A DNA stretch of 64,000 nucleotides from Camelus dromedarius (taxonomy: Eukaryota), in contig NC_087437.1 of assembly GCF_036321535.1 (NCBI RefSeq), positions 118,422,001 to 118,486,000 on the forward strand, read 5' to 3'. Numbering within the stretch: the first letter of the stretch is position 1; every line of letters begins with the position of its first letter. Shown one piece after another: positions 35,101 through 49,064 of this stretch. Under the pieces are notes generated by a model that searched no databases, was not told the origin of the DNA, and saw only the letters and a program-made list of their open reading frames with translations. Both the position numbers and the translations under genes were made by a program.

Positions 35101-36757
35101 CTCCTCCAGCCCCCTAGACCTCCCTATTCTAAGGCATTCCCCAGCAGAGGTGGGAGAACCTTCAACTTTGAATATAGCTTGGAGTTTGGGCTACCAGGCT
35201 GTGTCAGGTATTTTAAACACTGAATCAAGACCGGGGGTCTAAAATTGTCCAGAACGCCTTCTACCATCCAACAGAGATCTAAGGAGGCACTGAGTTGCTC
35301 ATGATTTCATTTAAGAGCAGAGCTGGGAGGGAATGAGACCACATTGGACAGTGGAAGGGAAGAATAAAGTCTTTGAAAGAGTTTGTCTCGTTCAAAGTAA
35401 AAATCACACATTTTGGCAAGTAGGGAAAGATACACATTTCTGACTTTCCCAACCCAAGCAGGCGCTGAGTAAAAGCCAAGTAGCTGTGATTCTAGGATTA
35501 CAGCGAATAAAAGAAACGGAGCAATAAAGAAATCTATCCCACCTGACATTCTTCCAGTCTTAAAAATGATAACTACCCAGCCTGTCTCACGACAACCGGA
35601 ATTTTTCCCTCTAATAAATGTTGCCCCCAGCACATTCCTTTCTTCAATGTATCACCCAGAATTTTAAATATTCAGTTTTCCACTTCACTCGGTACGCTTC
35701 CATTCGTTTTTCATCAAACAAAATTCACCTCTTTGCGGAAGGTCTTCTAGTTAATTAGTGGCACACGATCAACAGGATGGAACGGTCATTCCTCGCAAAT
35801 GACTCAGGACTGTGATTGTCGCTGGCGCTGGGCAGCAGCGCCACATGGTGGGAAAGACTGGTGTGTTTAAATGGACCAGGTGGTCTACGCTTCACACAAC
35901 AGGGTTCCGCACACACGGCTGTGGCACCATCCACCATGGAAGCCCTGGGTCTCCTGCCCTGGCTCGTGATTCTGCCATCTGCCCCTGGTCACCTACCTCT
36001 CTAATGGTTTGTTCCCTCCTGCTGTTCCCCCAAACAGCCCCTTTTCCTCTTTCCACCCATAAGGGTTGGTTTTCCCACTCCTGTGTCAGTAGCCACTCCT
36101 TTCCTCCCTCCTGCTCTCACTGAGTTTGAACCAAACCATCAAACTCAGCCTCTGTCCTGAGCTTCAATCCCCTTCATTTACCTAGTCCAGCCTTTCTCAG
36201 CCATGGCTGCACGGAGGAACCTCCCATGATGCTTTCCCAAAGTACTGATGCCTGGGTGCCACACTCGTCTACCTGGATCCGAGAGTCTGAGATACAGCCT
36301 GGAGATTTACACCTCCCGATCGCTCTCCCAGACGGCAGAGACCCACGCCTCTCCTTCCTCCTGTCGGGTCAGCATATTTCCCCATGCATGCCTGTCTTGT
36401 TACCACAGTGTGGCAGTAAAATTCTTGAGGCTATAGACCATACTGCCCCATGGCCCTCATGTTGACAATGACCATCTCAAGGGGACTCAGTGGAAAGACA
36501 ATTGGCCGAGAGTCCACAGCTGCAGGGTCTGGATGGGATGTACACCAACAAGCCTGGAGCCTTCGAGAAGCTCTGCTGACCCAGTCCCTTCACCTGTGGA
36601 AGAGCAGACAGGGCCTCGCTGTGCCACATGTAAGGCACCTTCATGCTGTGTGAGCCTCGGTCCTTGTGAAGCCCTGTAATTACCTGGGCTTGTTTTCTTC
36701 GGGGTCATGTTCATTTCTCTCATGTAGCTGTTGAAGTTCCTTTTTTCTTCCTTGTCC

Positions 36758-38133
36758 TTTTTTTTTTATTAAACTTCTTTTTTATTGAGTTATAGTCATT
36801 TTACAATGTTGTGTCAAATTCCAGTGTAGGGCACAATTTTTCAGTTATACATGAACGTGCGTATATTCACTGTCACATTTTTTTCACTATGAGCTACCAC
36901 AAGAGCTTGTGTGCATTTCCCTGTGCTATACAGTATAATCTTGTTTATCTGTTCTACAGTTTGAAATCCCAGTCTATCCACTCCCACCCCCTGTCCCCTT
37001 GGCAACCACAAGTTTGTATTCTTTGTCTATGAGTCTGTTTCTGTTTTGCATTTATTATTATTTTTTTTTTAGATTCCACACATAAGCGATCTCATGTGGT
37101 ATTTTTCTTTCTCTTTCTGGCTTACTTCACTTCGAATGACATTCTCCAGTAGCATCCATGCTGCTGCAAATGGCGTTATGTTGTTGGTTTTTATGGCTGA
37201 GAAGTATTCCATCGTATAAATATACCACCTCTTCTTTATCCAGTCATCTGTTGATGGACATTTAGGCTGTTTCCATGTCTTGGCTATTGTGAATAGTGCT
37301 GCTGTGAACATTGGGGTGCAGGTGTCATTTTGAAGTAGGGTTCCTTCTGGATATATGCCCAGGAGTGGGATTTCTGGGTCATATGGTAAGTCTAGTCCTA
37401 GTCTTTTGAGGAATCTCCATCCTGTTTTCCACAGCGGCTGCACCAAACTGCATTCTCACCAGCAGGGTAGGAGGGTTCCCTTTTCTCCCCAGCCTCTCCA
37501 GCATTTGTCATTTGTGGACTTTTGAATGATGGCCATTCTGACTGGTGTGAGGTGATACCTCATTGTAGTTTTTATTTGCATTTCTCTGATAATTAGTGAT
37601 ATTGAGCATTTTTTCATGCGCCTATTGATCATTTGTATTTCTTCCTTGGAGAATTGCTTGTTTAGGTCTTTTGCTCGTTTTTGGATTGGGTTGTTTGTTT
37701 TTTTCTTATTAAGTCATATGAGCTGCTTATATATTCTAGAGCTCAAGCCTTTGTCAGTTTCATTTGCAAAAATTTTCTCCCATTCCATAGGTTGTCGTTT
37801 TGTTTTGCTTATGGTTTCCTTTGCTGTGCAGAAGCTTGTAAGTTTCATTAGGTCCCATTTGTTTATTCTTGCTTTTATTTCTATTGCTTGGGTAGCCTGT
37901 CCTAGGAGAACATTGCTGAGATGTATGTCAGATAATGTTTTGCCTATATTTTCTTCTAGGAGGTTTATTGTATCTTGTCTTATGTTTAAGTCTTTGATCC
38001 ATTTTGAGTTGATTTTTGTATATGGTGTAAGGGAGTGTTCTAGCTTCATTGTTTTACATGCTGCTGTCCAGTTTTCCCAACACCATTTGCTGAAGAGACT
38101 GTCTTTATTCCATTGTATGCTCTTGCCTCCTTT
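36758..38133 (-). mobile_element. Young 5'-truncated L1, about 1.37 kb (ORF2 C-terminus + 3' UTR + polyA)
   Basis: PolyT at the left end, 3' UTR of the same type as 54.7-55.2 kb and 58.5-58.7 kb, then a near-intact ORF2 C-terminus. Confidence 0.96.
37069..38133 (-). pseudogene. L1 ORF2p C-terminal remnant (no endonuclease or RT core)
   Basis: Translation includes [45 protein letters not shown] and TCTPMFTAALFTIAKTWKQPKCP. It stays in one frame with two premature TGA stops (37714-37716, 37456-37458) and no frameshift. Confidence 0.93.
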
Positions 38134-40889
38134 TTTTAATTTTTATTTTTAAGTGAAGTCATTCAGCCTCTGCTCTATGGAATTTCCACGAAGAAAGTAG
38201 CTCATTGACCCAAGAAGCTACCATTTCTCAAGAGAAGACACGAGTAGTTATTAATAGGTAAATGCCTCAGTAGAGAATTAGCCATTCGTTCTGCCCTGCA
38301 GGGGTAGGAGAGGGCTTCAGGGACGTGGTGACTTTTGCTATAAACCTTAAAGTAAAACGTTCTCAGATGGAGAAAATGAAGGAGAAATGGAAGGATTTAG
38401 AGAAAATACCTGAAGAATGTAGAAATGGATGGGCAATAAAGCAAAGAAAAAAAAATCAGAAAACAAGGGTGAAAAGAATGCAGAGAGAGAGGTCTGTGTG
38501 AGGAGAAATACAGTCCTGGGGTCTCACAACCCGCTGTGCGAGTCTCAGGAGATCAGACAGAGAAGATGCAAGGGGAAACCCCGCCACATGGACAAACACC
38601 GACAGAAAGCTGGTCCCAACAAAGCGCGCTCGCGTGCGGCAGCAGCGAAGGCAGAGACCGTGATTCTCCACCTGCATTTCTCCAGAAATTGTGTTGGGAG
38701 AAGGAAGTAATCAAATCCTCCAAATACTTGGCCTTGTCACAGATTGAAAATTTGTTCCCATTTCCTTACCGGTCCTCTGTTTGACAGAGTCAAAAATGCT
38801 GTAAACCCCTAACTTGTCTTCCACGAAGGAATATAGTAATAAAGTTTAACTGCACACAGACATTAAAAAAAAAGCGATTTCCTGCCATAGAGTCAGGCAA
38901 TCACACAATCCTAATTGTGCAAAGTCTAGCTCACTGTTTGCTTTCAAAGGCTCACAGGGGGAGGGGCAGGGGGAGGGAACCTGTGCAACAGGGACTCAGG
39001 AGGAGGAATGTCTCCTGAGCGTGGGGGATGAGCTGCCTCCCTTGGTAATACTTTTTTTTAATCATTTCACACCTCCGTGAAAAAGCAAACTACTGCTTTT
39101 AACCACATGTTCCTAAAAGACAAATACCAGCGTTTACAAAAGTAAAGAACCTCCAGGGATGCAAGACTGTGGCCAATTATGCTGCAGCCCAGAGGGAGCG
39201 GCAGTGACCAGCTGACAGTATCAGTCCCTTGAGAAGAGCTGTGATAACTGAACCACAGCCAGACCGCAGGCTCGAGCAGCGCCCCGGGGGCGGGGCGCTA
39301 CAACGCGGAGCATTTTAATTGCTTATGCTGGCATTTCCCTGATGTTTTTGGTCTGGCTCGGCATCCTTTTGTAACTGTTCGACTTGACCACAAATCAGGT
39401 ACAAAGAGGAATTTAGCTGCTCCATCCTCTCTCCTAAAGGCAATTGTATTATTTTGCAGGTATATGATATTTAAATTCTAATGAAGGTGGACCTAGGATG
39501 GAATATGGGCAGAAGCGGGGAGAGCAGAACGAGAGCTTGTTCTGGAATAAATAGGTTGAGAGGGAGAGAGGGAGGCTCGGGGACACAGCGAGAGGACAGG
39601 GGTGGACCCGCCTGCGGATGAATGAGCCGTGCCTCTGATGCTAGTGGTCAGAGCCTGGCAGTCGGAGCAGCAAGATGGCTTCAAGAACGCAGCGGGCGGG
39701 TGTGAGCCTGCAGGCGGAGGGCTCACGTGCAGTCAGCACGCTGCCCTCACGCGCTGCAGTGACTCACCGCGTCCTAAGGCAGCTTGCTCTGGCGGGGGGC
39801 AGCCGACGCTCCCTTCAGTCCTGTGAGCCGTCCTCCAGCCCCGAGTGGGAGCCGCACGGCTCCTCTCCCACCTGCTGGCAGTTTCCTGAAATGCAGGGCG
39901 CACCTGGCTGACAGCAGGGCCTCGTTGATGCCTGCATCCCACTTTGCTTCCTCGCATTTGGAAACCAAAACGTGGCACAGAAAAGGCTCCAAGTCAGACA
40001 AAATGGTTTATATCACATAATTCTCTTCTGAAATGTACCTACATCTCTACAGGAAGTTCTGGGTCGTGTGGAAGAACAGAAAGTTGCGGAGTACACGGTA
40101 AATATTTCATGACGTCAGCTCAGCAGCAACTTTGAATGAGAGCTCCCACCAAGTTCCAGAAATAACCTCACTTTCTCGTTTGAAACAACGGAAGGAGGCT
40201 TATTGCTGCCTTGGGGGCTGGGGTGTTGTGATAAAATCCAAAAAGCTCCCTGTTTTCTTTTCCCTTGAAGGATCTTAACCAGAGAATAGTCCTCTGACCA
40301 CAGCTCTGACCCTTCAGGTTAGCAGCTGTGCCTTCTAGAAACGGCAGCAGGACTCAGAGACGTGAGGAGGAGAGAAGGGAACATCGCCTGCACCTTCTCA
40401 GATGCGCCAGTGGGCTCCCACACAGACAAACGCGGCTCTGAGTCTTATCCGGTCCAGCGTGAACTTGACCAAGCTCATTCCGTGTCTTGACCAGTAAGCT
40501 GATGGAGTTACCTGTTGTAAGGAGGAGGAATGCAACTGGGGGCTTCAAACTGGGGGCACTGGGAAGGATTGGTTGGTTTGAATCAGTCAATCAACACCTT
40601 CAATCCATATTGTTTTAAGAAGCAAATAAAATTTGACAAAGTGGGAAATCAAAAGAGAACAAAGACATTCATTGTTTTATTTTAACATAAGAAGAAAATT
40701 AAATCGCCTCTACTGACCAGAAAAGCCAAATAGTTGGCCATTTTGTGATAGAGGCTCTTTATGAATCGGTAACTGTCAGCCCTCACAAAGCGGCAGGAAC
40801 ACTTTGGTGTCATCAGGGAAGCAGTATTCTAAGAGACAGAGGATGTGGGACGACCCAGCACACACAGGACGGCCCAGGGCACGCTGTAC

Positions 40890-41069
40890 ATGGCAGTTCT
40901 CAAAGTGTGGTCCCTGGCACAGCCTGCCCTGGGCACTGGTTAGGAAAGCGGATTGCTGGTCCCCACCCCAGACTCACTGAATGAGAAATCCTGGATGGGG
41001 CCCAGCCACCTGCGTTTTGAACAAGCCCTCCAAGTGACTTGGAGGCACCTCAAGTCTGAGGACCACTGA
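40890..41069. mobile_element. hAT-Charlie MITE, MER5A
   Basis: gttctcaaagtgtggtccc...ccccaccccagactcactgaatgagaaat...ttttgaacaagccctccaagtga...aagtctgaggaccactg. Confidence 0.85.
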
Positions 41070-42454
41070 GCTCCTAGCAACTGCTGGTCTGGAGGAAAAC
41101 AGCTGCTGAGTTTTCCTGCCCGTTCCCACCGTGCAACGCAGCACCTGCCTCAGAGAGGAGAGAGAAAAGCTGTGGCAAAAATGGCCCTTCTGTTCTCTGA
41201 GTTGCAAGCGTTTGTCCAGCTCTGACAAGCTGCGTGTCCCCGCTGCAGAAGTGCCTTACTTGTTCCCTAGAAACCGAGGCAGGGATGGCCACATTCTCAC
41301 CAGAAGGAGAAGCAAAGGCACAGGAAGAAGGTCTGCCCCGTGGCCCCTGCAGGCCATCTCCCAGAGCGCACCTTCCTCCCTCTGCCGCTCCCCTCCATCC
41401 TTTGGGAAGGAGCTCCCTCTGTGGGGAAGCCTTCCCTGGGAGCCCGGGGCCCCTGGATGGTTGGGGCTCCTTCGCTGAGCCCCACTGGTTGTCTGTCTGA
41501 GGGCTGGTGACCCATCAGCATGGCGCAGGGGGCAGGGGGAAAAGGATAGACCAGCTGGCCGCAGGCTTGCTTCCCGCAGAGGCACCTGGGGAGAGGAGAC
41601 TGGGGAAGAGAGGAGGAACGGGTGGGGTGGGCCATCCCTGCACCGAGTGAAGGGCCAGGTTTGAGTCACTGGGCAGAGGGGGCTGGACCCGGAGCTGAGG
41701 GAGCTGTGCTCACGAGAGACTTGTTCCAGGAGACTTTGGGCACCAGGAGGAGTCACCCTGGAGGCTTAGGACCAGAGCAAGTGCCCAGGTGGCTGAGACA
41801 GTGGAGTGCTGGAGAGGGGCTGGGACTGGAGCACTGGGCAGACATCGCCCCCCACCCTGACATATACCTAGGCTTCTTAGGAAAGTTCCTGGCAGTTAGA
41901 TGGAAGGCTGCGGGTCCTGGGAGCCACCATGGAGAGGTGCTGCTCAGACCTCCCTGCTGGGAGAGCCTGCCACGAGGAGCCCCTGAGAGGCTGGCCTCTG
42001 GCAGCTGCACCTTCAGGACCACCGCAGCCATCACCTGGCGCCTGGCCCCCCGGCGCTGCTCCAGCAACACTGAGCTCTCCTGCCCGATGACGCAGGACTC
42101 CTCCTCAGGCTGTCTCTGCTCTGGGGTCCCCCGGAGCCCTATGAGGACTTCTCAGAGGGACAGGGGAGTCTGAGGCCCCTCCCACCCATCCTCCCTGTTT
42201 ACCCCCTGCCTTCACAGGAGTCGCTCAGCATCAGGCGCTGAGGCTGTCCCCTACTCTGCTCCTCCCCCTCAACTTCCCAGTAAATGAACTTCCTGTTCCT
42301 CCTTGGCAGCTGCTTCCCTATGCCCCTTTGGGACACATTTTGTTTAAAGAGAAGGGAACTGAGAGCCAACATTCAGCCAAAGGTAAGATCCTGGTGCGCA
42401 GGCACTGGCTGGTGGGGTGGGACCCGTGGCCACACCCTTCCCGCCACATACAAA

Positions 42455-42650
42455 TATAATGGCGCCTGCCACTTCCAAATGCTTCATGCACTGTCACTCA
42501 TTTAATTCTTGCCACAATCCAGTGAAGGAGGCTACTAATCTTATTTCCGCTTTACAGGGGAGAAAACTGACAACGTACAAAGAGGTGAACAGACTTACCC
42601 AGTGTCACGAAGCGACCAAGTGCTGGGAGAAGGACTCCAACCGAGGCACC
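42455..42650 (-). mobile_element. MIR SINE
   Basis: ctcatttaattcttgccacaatccagtgaagg...ctttacaggggagaaaactga...agaggtgaacagacttaccc. Confidence 0.7.
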
Positions 42651-43200
42651 CCACTTCCCAGCCTCGCTTTTGTCCACATGTATCCACCTGAAGGCGAGAA
42701 TTACCTCTTGTCCATCTCTCTACCTGTGGTTCCCAAGACCTGGTTGGCAGCCAGTAAACAGTTAACAAATAAATAAATGAAAACTTAACATATCACGGGT
42801 TCATTGGTGCCCAACCTATGGGCAGCTGCAGCTGTATTATCAGATGTCCCTTAAGTGCCCATGAGATGAAAGAATAATTTTTCGCATGTTTATATGTAAA
42901 GTCTTTTAAATGTATTTGGAAGCCATTGTCATGAATTACATAAAACTTACCGTAAGAGGTTGTTGAGTTCATAGTTGTTTTCTGTGCACTGTTTCTGTTT
43001 CCACCACATCAGATACTAGAGGTACAAGATCCAAGGGGTGAGGCTCTAGATATTCCGCCACGTTAAACAAAAAAGAGTTGTGATATCGGAACATGAATCA
43101 GAACAAGAAAACAGAGAAAGATAAAAGAAAAACCAGAGAGGAAGATGGGACTTGGAAGAGAACGACGAGGAAGGAGAGAAGGCGCAGAAAGCCAGTCTTT

Positions 43201-43338
43201 GGGGTGGGGGGCGTACAGCTCCGTGGCAGAGCGCATGCTCAGCACACAAGAGGTCCTGGGTTCAGTCCCCAGGACCTCCTCCAAGCAGAAATCAATGAAC
43301 AAACCTAATGCCTGCCCCCTCATAAAACAAACTATACA
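43201..43338 (+). mobile_element. tRNA-derived SINE (camelid Vic-1 type, longer tail variant)
   Basis: cagctccgtggcagagcgcatgctcagc...gaggtcctgggttcagtcccc. TSD agaaagccagtcttt (43186-43200) vs agaaaaccagtcttt (43339-43353). Confidence 0.9.
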
Positions 43339-45487
43339 AGAAAACCAGTCTTTGGGGCAGAAACCATCATAAGGAAGTTGTGTCTTCCTTTTACATAATA
43401 TCTCACTTTCTATGTTTTTACTCCAACAGGGCTCACATATGAAAGTTTTGATTTGGTTCATCTAAGGACCACCGCCCTGATTGGCAAAAGCAGGATTTGA
43501 ACTTATATTGTACTAGAAATGTTTGAGAACCATGTTCCATGTTTAAAAATGATCAGACTTGGCTCAAGTCGCTTTGGGCCGTAATTAATGAATCAGCAAG
43601 AATGGAAGCTCGTTCAAGCCTCCACGGAAAAACCAGGAAGAAGCTGAAATGCAATTTGCTTCCTGCATTACCAGCAATAAACAATCCTTTATATCATAAT
43701 GTAAGATCTAAAAATAGTTCATTTTCAATTTTGAGCCCTTGAACATAATGAAAGGAGGCCGTGCATAAAAGCCAGTTATTCATTTATTCTCTGCATTAAA
43801 GGCTTCAACAGTAAGAGCCCGATTAACAAAAAAGACCAGTGGGAAATTATACACAATACTTTTTGTTTATTACAGAGCGACTTTGCATTCATATCTCACT
43901 GATGGGAAATTTTGTAGCAACTTACAGAACTCACATGTGGCATTATTGCCTCCGAATTTAGGGCTGACCGTGCAGAAAGAAACGAAATGGGAAAATCTGA
44001 TACTTAGAAAGATGGCGCCATGTGTCATTACGAAGTGTGAGCAGCATTTCCTGTGGTCGCAGGTCAAGCCCACAGCCTTGGCCAGATGGGCAGGATGATG
44101 ACCCAGCAGCTCTGGATTCCAGCCTTGGTTTAGGAGGGGTCCTCTCTCCATAGATTGTTTCATTAATTCCGGGCATGTTATGCAAATTACCTCCAATCTT
44201 CTCCCCACTGTGCCTTTGTGCAGATAAGGAAACAGAGGATTAGGGGATTGCAGGGTTGGGATTAGTGGATTCTCGCTATCACAACCTCCAGCCCCGAATG
44301 CCTCTTCTGCCACTTGAGATGGGTAGTAAGATCATATTTAAGGTACCTTAAGTCTCAGCTACTGTATGACTACTCAGGGGGCTGGAGCCACCCCCAGGAT
44401 GCCAGATAACTAAGGAGAAATAGCAGAGATCACACACTCTCTTCAACATTGAAGAATGAAGTTTATTGTCCTTCTCAATCCTTAGTGTCCATGCCATAGG
44501 ATGACTTGTGACTGCAGAGGCCCGTCTTTGGATGCCAGCTAGGAAGTTGGCCTGCTGGAACAAGTCATTCGGCTGAGGAATAAGCCTGCTGACCACCCAG
44601 CATCCCCATTTGCAAATACCCAGGTGATTCTCTGCTCCCTGTCATAGTGAGTAGCTCTTATGAACTGATGAAACTCTTCCTCTTCCTGGAGAAACGAATG
44701 GCCACGAAAGCAAGCCACTGGCTGGTGCTGGCATTGGTGCTGCAAAGAAAGAGAGGCAGCGTCAGGAAGCAGCAGCTCCTGCTAAGGGTGCAGGCACCGT
44801 GCATACTCAAGATTGGGAGGGCCATTCAGCAGTGCCTCGGTCTCTGGCAAGCCCACCGTATGCACTTCCATGGGGGAAATTATGTGTTACCATTGCATGT
44901 GAGAGCTGGGGTATGTATTAAGTTTTCAAGACGTATCTTTTAATAATATCAAAGGTCTTTCCTATCAATTCCTCCATCTTTATTACACTTAAAGTTGCCA
45001 GAAGTGATAATGTGGGTTTTGAAATATCACACATGACTTGAGTGTTAACACATGACATGATGGTTCGCTAACTGGAGCCACTGTGACTTACAATGCTTCC
45101 AGGTGGTCTTTTAGCACCAGGAATGCCCATCCAAGCCTCCTCTTGTTCCGGCAATGCTAGGCTACGGTCTTAAATTTCACATCACACGCACATGTGGAAT
45201 GTTCACAGAAGAGGTAAAAAGCCAGGGGGTGGAGATAAATCTGACACTTTCCATGGTACCGGGACACTTTCCGTGACTTACTCTGCTTGTCACACCTTCT
45301 CTACTTTTGCGATACCCGACAATGAGCGTGACCATGGGGTCTCAGGTCTCTGGCAGAGTTGCTGAGCAGATCCAGTCTCCCAGCTGCCCCCGGGCAACTG
45401 TTCCCCAGACCACTCGCCATCTCAGGCAACAGTCTCTAGTAAGAGTCACATATTGGGATGCCCAGAGCCAAGGACACTATTTTAGAT

Positions 45488-45991
45488 CAATGACTTCCAA
45501 CACAAACACCCCAGGGATGAGTGAGATGATTCATCAAAATGTAAAAAATACAAATAACAACTTTTATGTGTTATTTTTACCTAGTATATGTAAGTACATA
45601 TACACATACTTACTTACATATCATACAGCTGTATCTATTAATTACATACACATAACTATAGTAATATATTATATGTATAGTATATATATCTTTATATACA
45701 TATAGTATATATATTTTATATACATAAATATTAAAATACAAAACATAGTATATTTTATACACATAAATATAAGATATATTACTTTAATTACATGTATGTA
45801 TTTAGATATATATGTATGTATATGTATGTATGTGATGGAAAAATGATAATACATAAAAGTAAAATACATTACTATAGCTACATGTATATGATTAGTAAAT
45901 AAATATATATACAAATAAATGTATATTGTAGCACATGCTCAAAAATGTTTTTCAAATGATAGTGTGCAATCAAAAATGCTCTAGATTACCT
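45488..45991 (+). mobile_element. hAT-Charlie fossil (MER113-like) with very AT-rich interior
   Basis: Ends resemble MER113 termini (caccccagggatg...; cacatgctcaaaaatgtttt...gtgtgcaatcaaaaa). The interior 45580-45930 is TA-rich low complexity. Confidence 0.55.
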
Positions 45992-48822
45992 CGCTTCATC
46001 TGGACACTGTATTTGTCTCAGTTAATCTTAAGATTGTGTTGGCAATATTTCCCTACATCCCGTTTGCAAACAACTGAAAAAACAAGATAGTCTTCATCTC
46101 AGCGTATGCTAAGCCAGGCCCCTCTAAACCTGTGACGGTAAAAATACCCATTGAACAAAAGATCAGAATTTATTTGAATTGATATTCCGCTCGCTATTTT
46201 TGCCTGTCAGGATTATATTTGTCCTTAACTATGTTTAAAAAAAAATGAGTAAGTGTATTTTTAAAAGTCTGGATGAAAGCATGCAAAATGTCAGCAAAAG
46301 TTGTTCCAAGGTGGCGAGTTTCTGGTGACCAACTCTGCTTCGGCTTGCTCCGCGCGTGCGATATCCCACACTGAGCGTGCATTTCCGTGAAACAGAAAAA
46401 TTAACATGTGTACAGCCAGAGTTTCAAGTGCTGAATGAGGTGAGTGAGTGGTAACGAAGCCTGAGGAGAGGGAGGCGAGGGGCTTGGGCAAAAGACTGTA
46501 AATACATGGGCCAAGAAAACCAGAGAGGTTTCCCCAAAGCATTTTGACGGGTGGCAACAGCAATCGTGGCAAGAAGAAATCAGCGCTTGAGAAGAAAGTA
46601 AGATCACACGCTGGACTCAGAGTCAGTATGAGATATACGTTATTGTGTTTCTAAAGGTGAAAACACCCACAGCGTGGATGACAAGTCCGCAGCCATTATC
46701 AATGCTTCTGCACAAAGTGTGTTATTGTCTAGGTTATTAAGCCAGCAGCTCAGAGACCACCATTAGGAAATGATGGTACAGAAGAGAGTGCAGGACTGGA
46801 GCTTAATTAGACAGGATACGGGAAACGTGATGGGTGGCAGAAACTAACAAGGGGACCTGGGAAGGGGGTTGGATTCAGTGTGGTCTTGTGCTTATGCATA
46901 AAGTGGATAACAAAGACTGTATTTTCAAACTCACACAATGCATGAATATCCCTTGGGACAATTCTAGTAGACACTTCCTGTACATTTCTGAAAGAGTGTG
47001 TGCAAATCATTCTTTTTGGCCAAATTATTCTTTAAGTGTGCTGGGGGAGATAATGCATATATGAATGCTTTGAAATTTTTTAAAACACAGAAACACCAGT
47101 CAATTAGTGACAGCAGGGTCTGCACAGCTGATGTGGGACCAGAGTTCTGATTTGATTTTGAAAACTCAATCTGTAAACTCATAATGATAGTAACATTAAT
47201 AACGATTTTCCCTTTTGTAAATGAAGAATTCTCAGGGAAGACAACGCTTGTCACTTGAGTCTTGTGTTGCGTGCCTGGGCTTTAGAAGATGAATCTGGCC
47301 GCTAGCATCCAGGATGTGGTGGCCTGGAAATGAGATAATTGCATCAGCCCAGACCTGACTTAGGTTATGAGGCTGTGGGAGCCAAAAGAAAATGCAGAGA
47401 CGCAGGAGGCATGATAAAGAAATAGGGAAAGCAACCAGACAACTCGGTGGCTGACTGCAGAGGGGAGGTAAAGACCTCTGGCATCAGAAGCCAACCCAGG
47501 TGAGCTGGGTAACTAGAAGATGCTATTCTCATCGTCAACTAATTGGTTGAGGGTGGGGGGAAGCCAGGCTATGGAATACGGGCCAGGGGACCATAACTGA
47601 TTCATCCTTGGAAGGGTCTGAGTGCTGGAATTCCTGAAATCAGCACCTTTGCCTGAGGGTTTACACATTGCTCTCATGCAGGTTTACCAAGTGTGAGTGA
47701 AACAAAGAAACACAGGGCACCACAGGCTCTGATGAAATTGAGTTATTGAATCCAGAAGGATGGACGATAGAGCTGGGGTGTCCCCACCTGCCTGAGCCTG
47801 AGTCTATGTGCAAGATGGGGGAACCGGGTTTAGCACACGCCAGCCACTCACAGGGACACTCCGCTGAGAGTCAGCAGCATGCCAGGGTCTGGCCAAAGCC
47901 CCGCTCAACACCCATATTCTCTAACGTCCCTCTTTTGCTGCTGCAGATGACTACAGAGAAGAAAAGGAATTCAATTCAAAAACAAAACATCTTCAGAAAA
48001 TTTACTCAATGAAGAAAATTAGCAAATCACTATGGAAAGCTCAGAGCATTGATTATTATTTTGGTAGATACTCAAATGCGCACAACAGTGGGAACTCTAT
48101 CGGAGTTAAGTACTACAGAAAAATGTACACCCCCGAGAACTAATAGAAAAATGACAGCTACATTTGTTAAAAAAGAATTATTCCAGATTGGAACATTTAA
48201 ATGAGTGGGCAGAGAGTTGTATTCTGTTGATATTCTCTGCCACCAAGAACGTACTGGCCTTTGCAAAAAATCAATATTGGACCTGAAAGTCCTTCCAAGA
48301 AAGAAAAATCACATATCCACACTTTCGCAAGACCATTCTCAATGTGGATAATTTACCACTGCTTTCAAGCCCCCTTGTACATTGCTACCTAAAATTCATC
48401 TAAAAACATGACTGTGAGAGCTTGGGGCCAGGTGAGAAGCCAGCCATGCGGCGGATCCTGTGCCGCCTCCCCTTTAGTCACAGGTCACACACGTGCAGCT
48501 GTCACCTCAGCGTTAGTCATGGGTTTTTCCGAGCAGGGATGACACACACCAGAAGCACTGGATCACTTACATGTTAATTGCAATTACACAGCAAAACACA
48601 ATGTGCTGCCAAAATATTCACAGGATAATTGGCCTGTGATGACAAGATAATTCTTCCTATTCTTCCCAAACAGAATGTAGATGCCCCATCTAATTGCTTC
48701 GCAATCTCCTAGGCAAAAATTCGTACGAGGCCCCAGCCAAGCAGGTACCTTTCCATGCCCAGTTTCTCTCCAAACATCTTTCATCATGACAAAGGACGCG
48801 TGTGGGCATGCCAAGGACTGGA

Positions 48823-49064
48823 TCCGGGTTTCTCAATCTCAGCACCACTGACATACGGAGCCAGATGACTTTTTGCTGTGTCTGTGCGCGGAGGGCTTGT
48901 CGGCGGAGGGGCTCTCCTGTGTGTTGTGGGATATTAGCGGCATCCCGGCCTCTGCTCACTAGACAACCGTGCCCATCCCCGCCAGATCTGACAACCAAAA
49001 ATGTTTCCAGATGTTACTAAATGTGCCTTAGCGGGCAGAACTGCCCTCCGCTGGGGACCACTGG
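48823..49064 (+). mobile_element. hAT-Charlie MITE, MER20
   Basis: ggtttctcaatctcagcaccactgacat...tagcggcatcccggcctct...tgacaaccaaaaatgtttccagat...gaccactg. Confidence 0.88.

Noticed and set aside
37616..38152. 178-aa hydrophobic ORF on the plus strand
   Set aside because: It is antisense to L1 ORF2, a well-known spurious reading frame.
40110..40117. Full CRE palindrome TGACGTCA and scattered AP-1 heptamers elsewhere
   Set aside because: Short motifs occur at about chance frequency in 64 kb and have no supporting context.
45580..45930. Extremely AT-rich block with Y/I-rich ORFs
   Set aside because: Low-complexity TA expansion inside a DNA transposon fossil, with no sign of coding or foreign origin.
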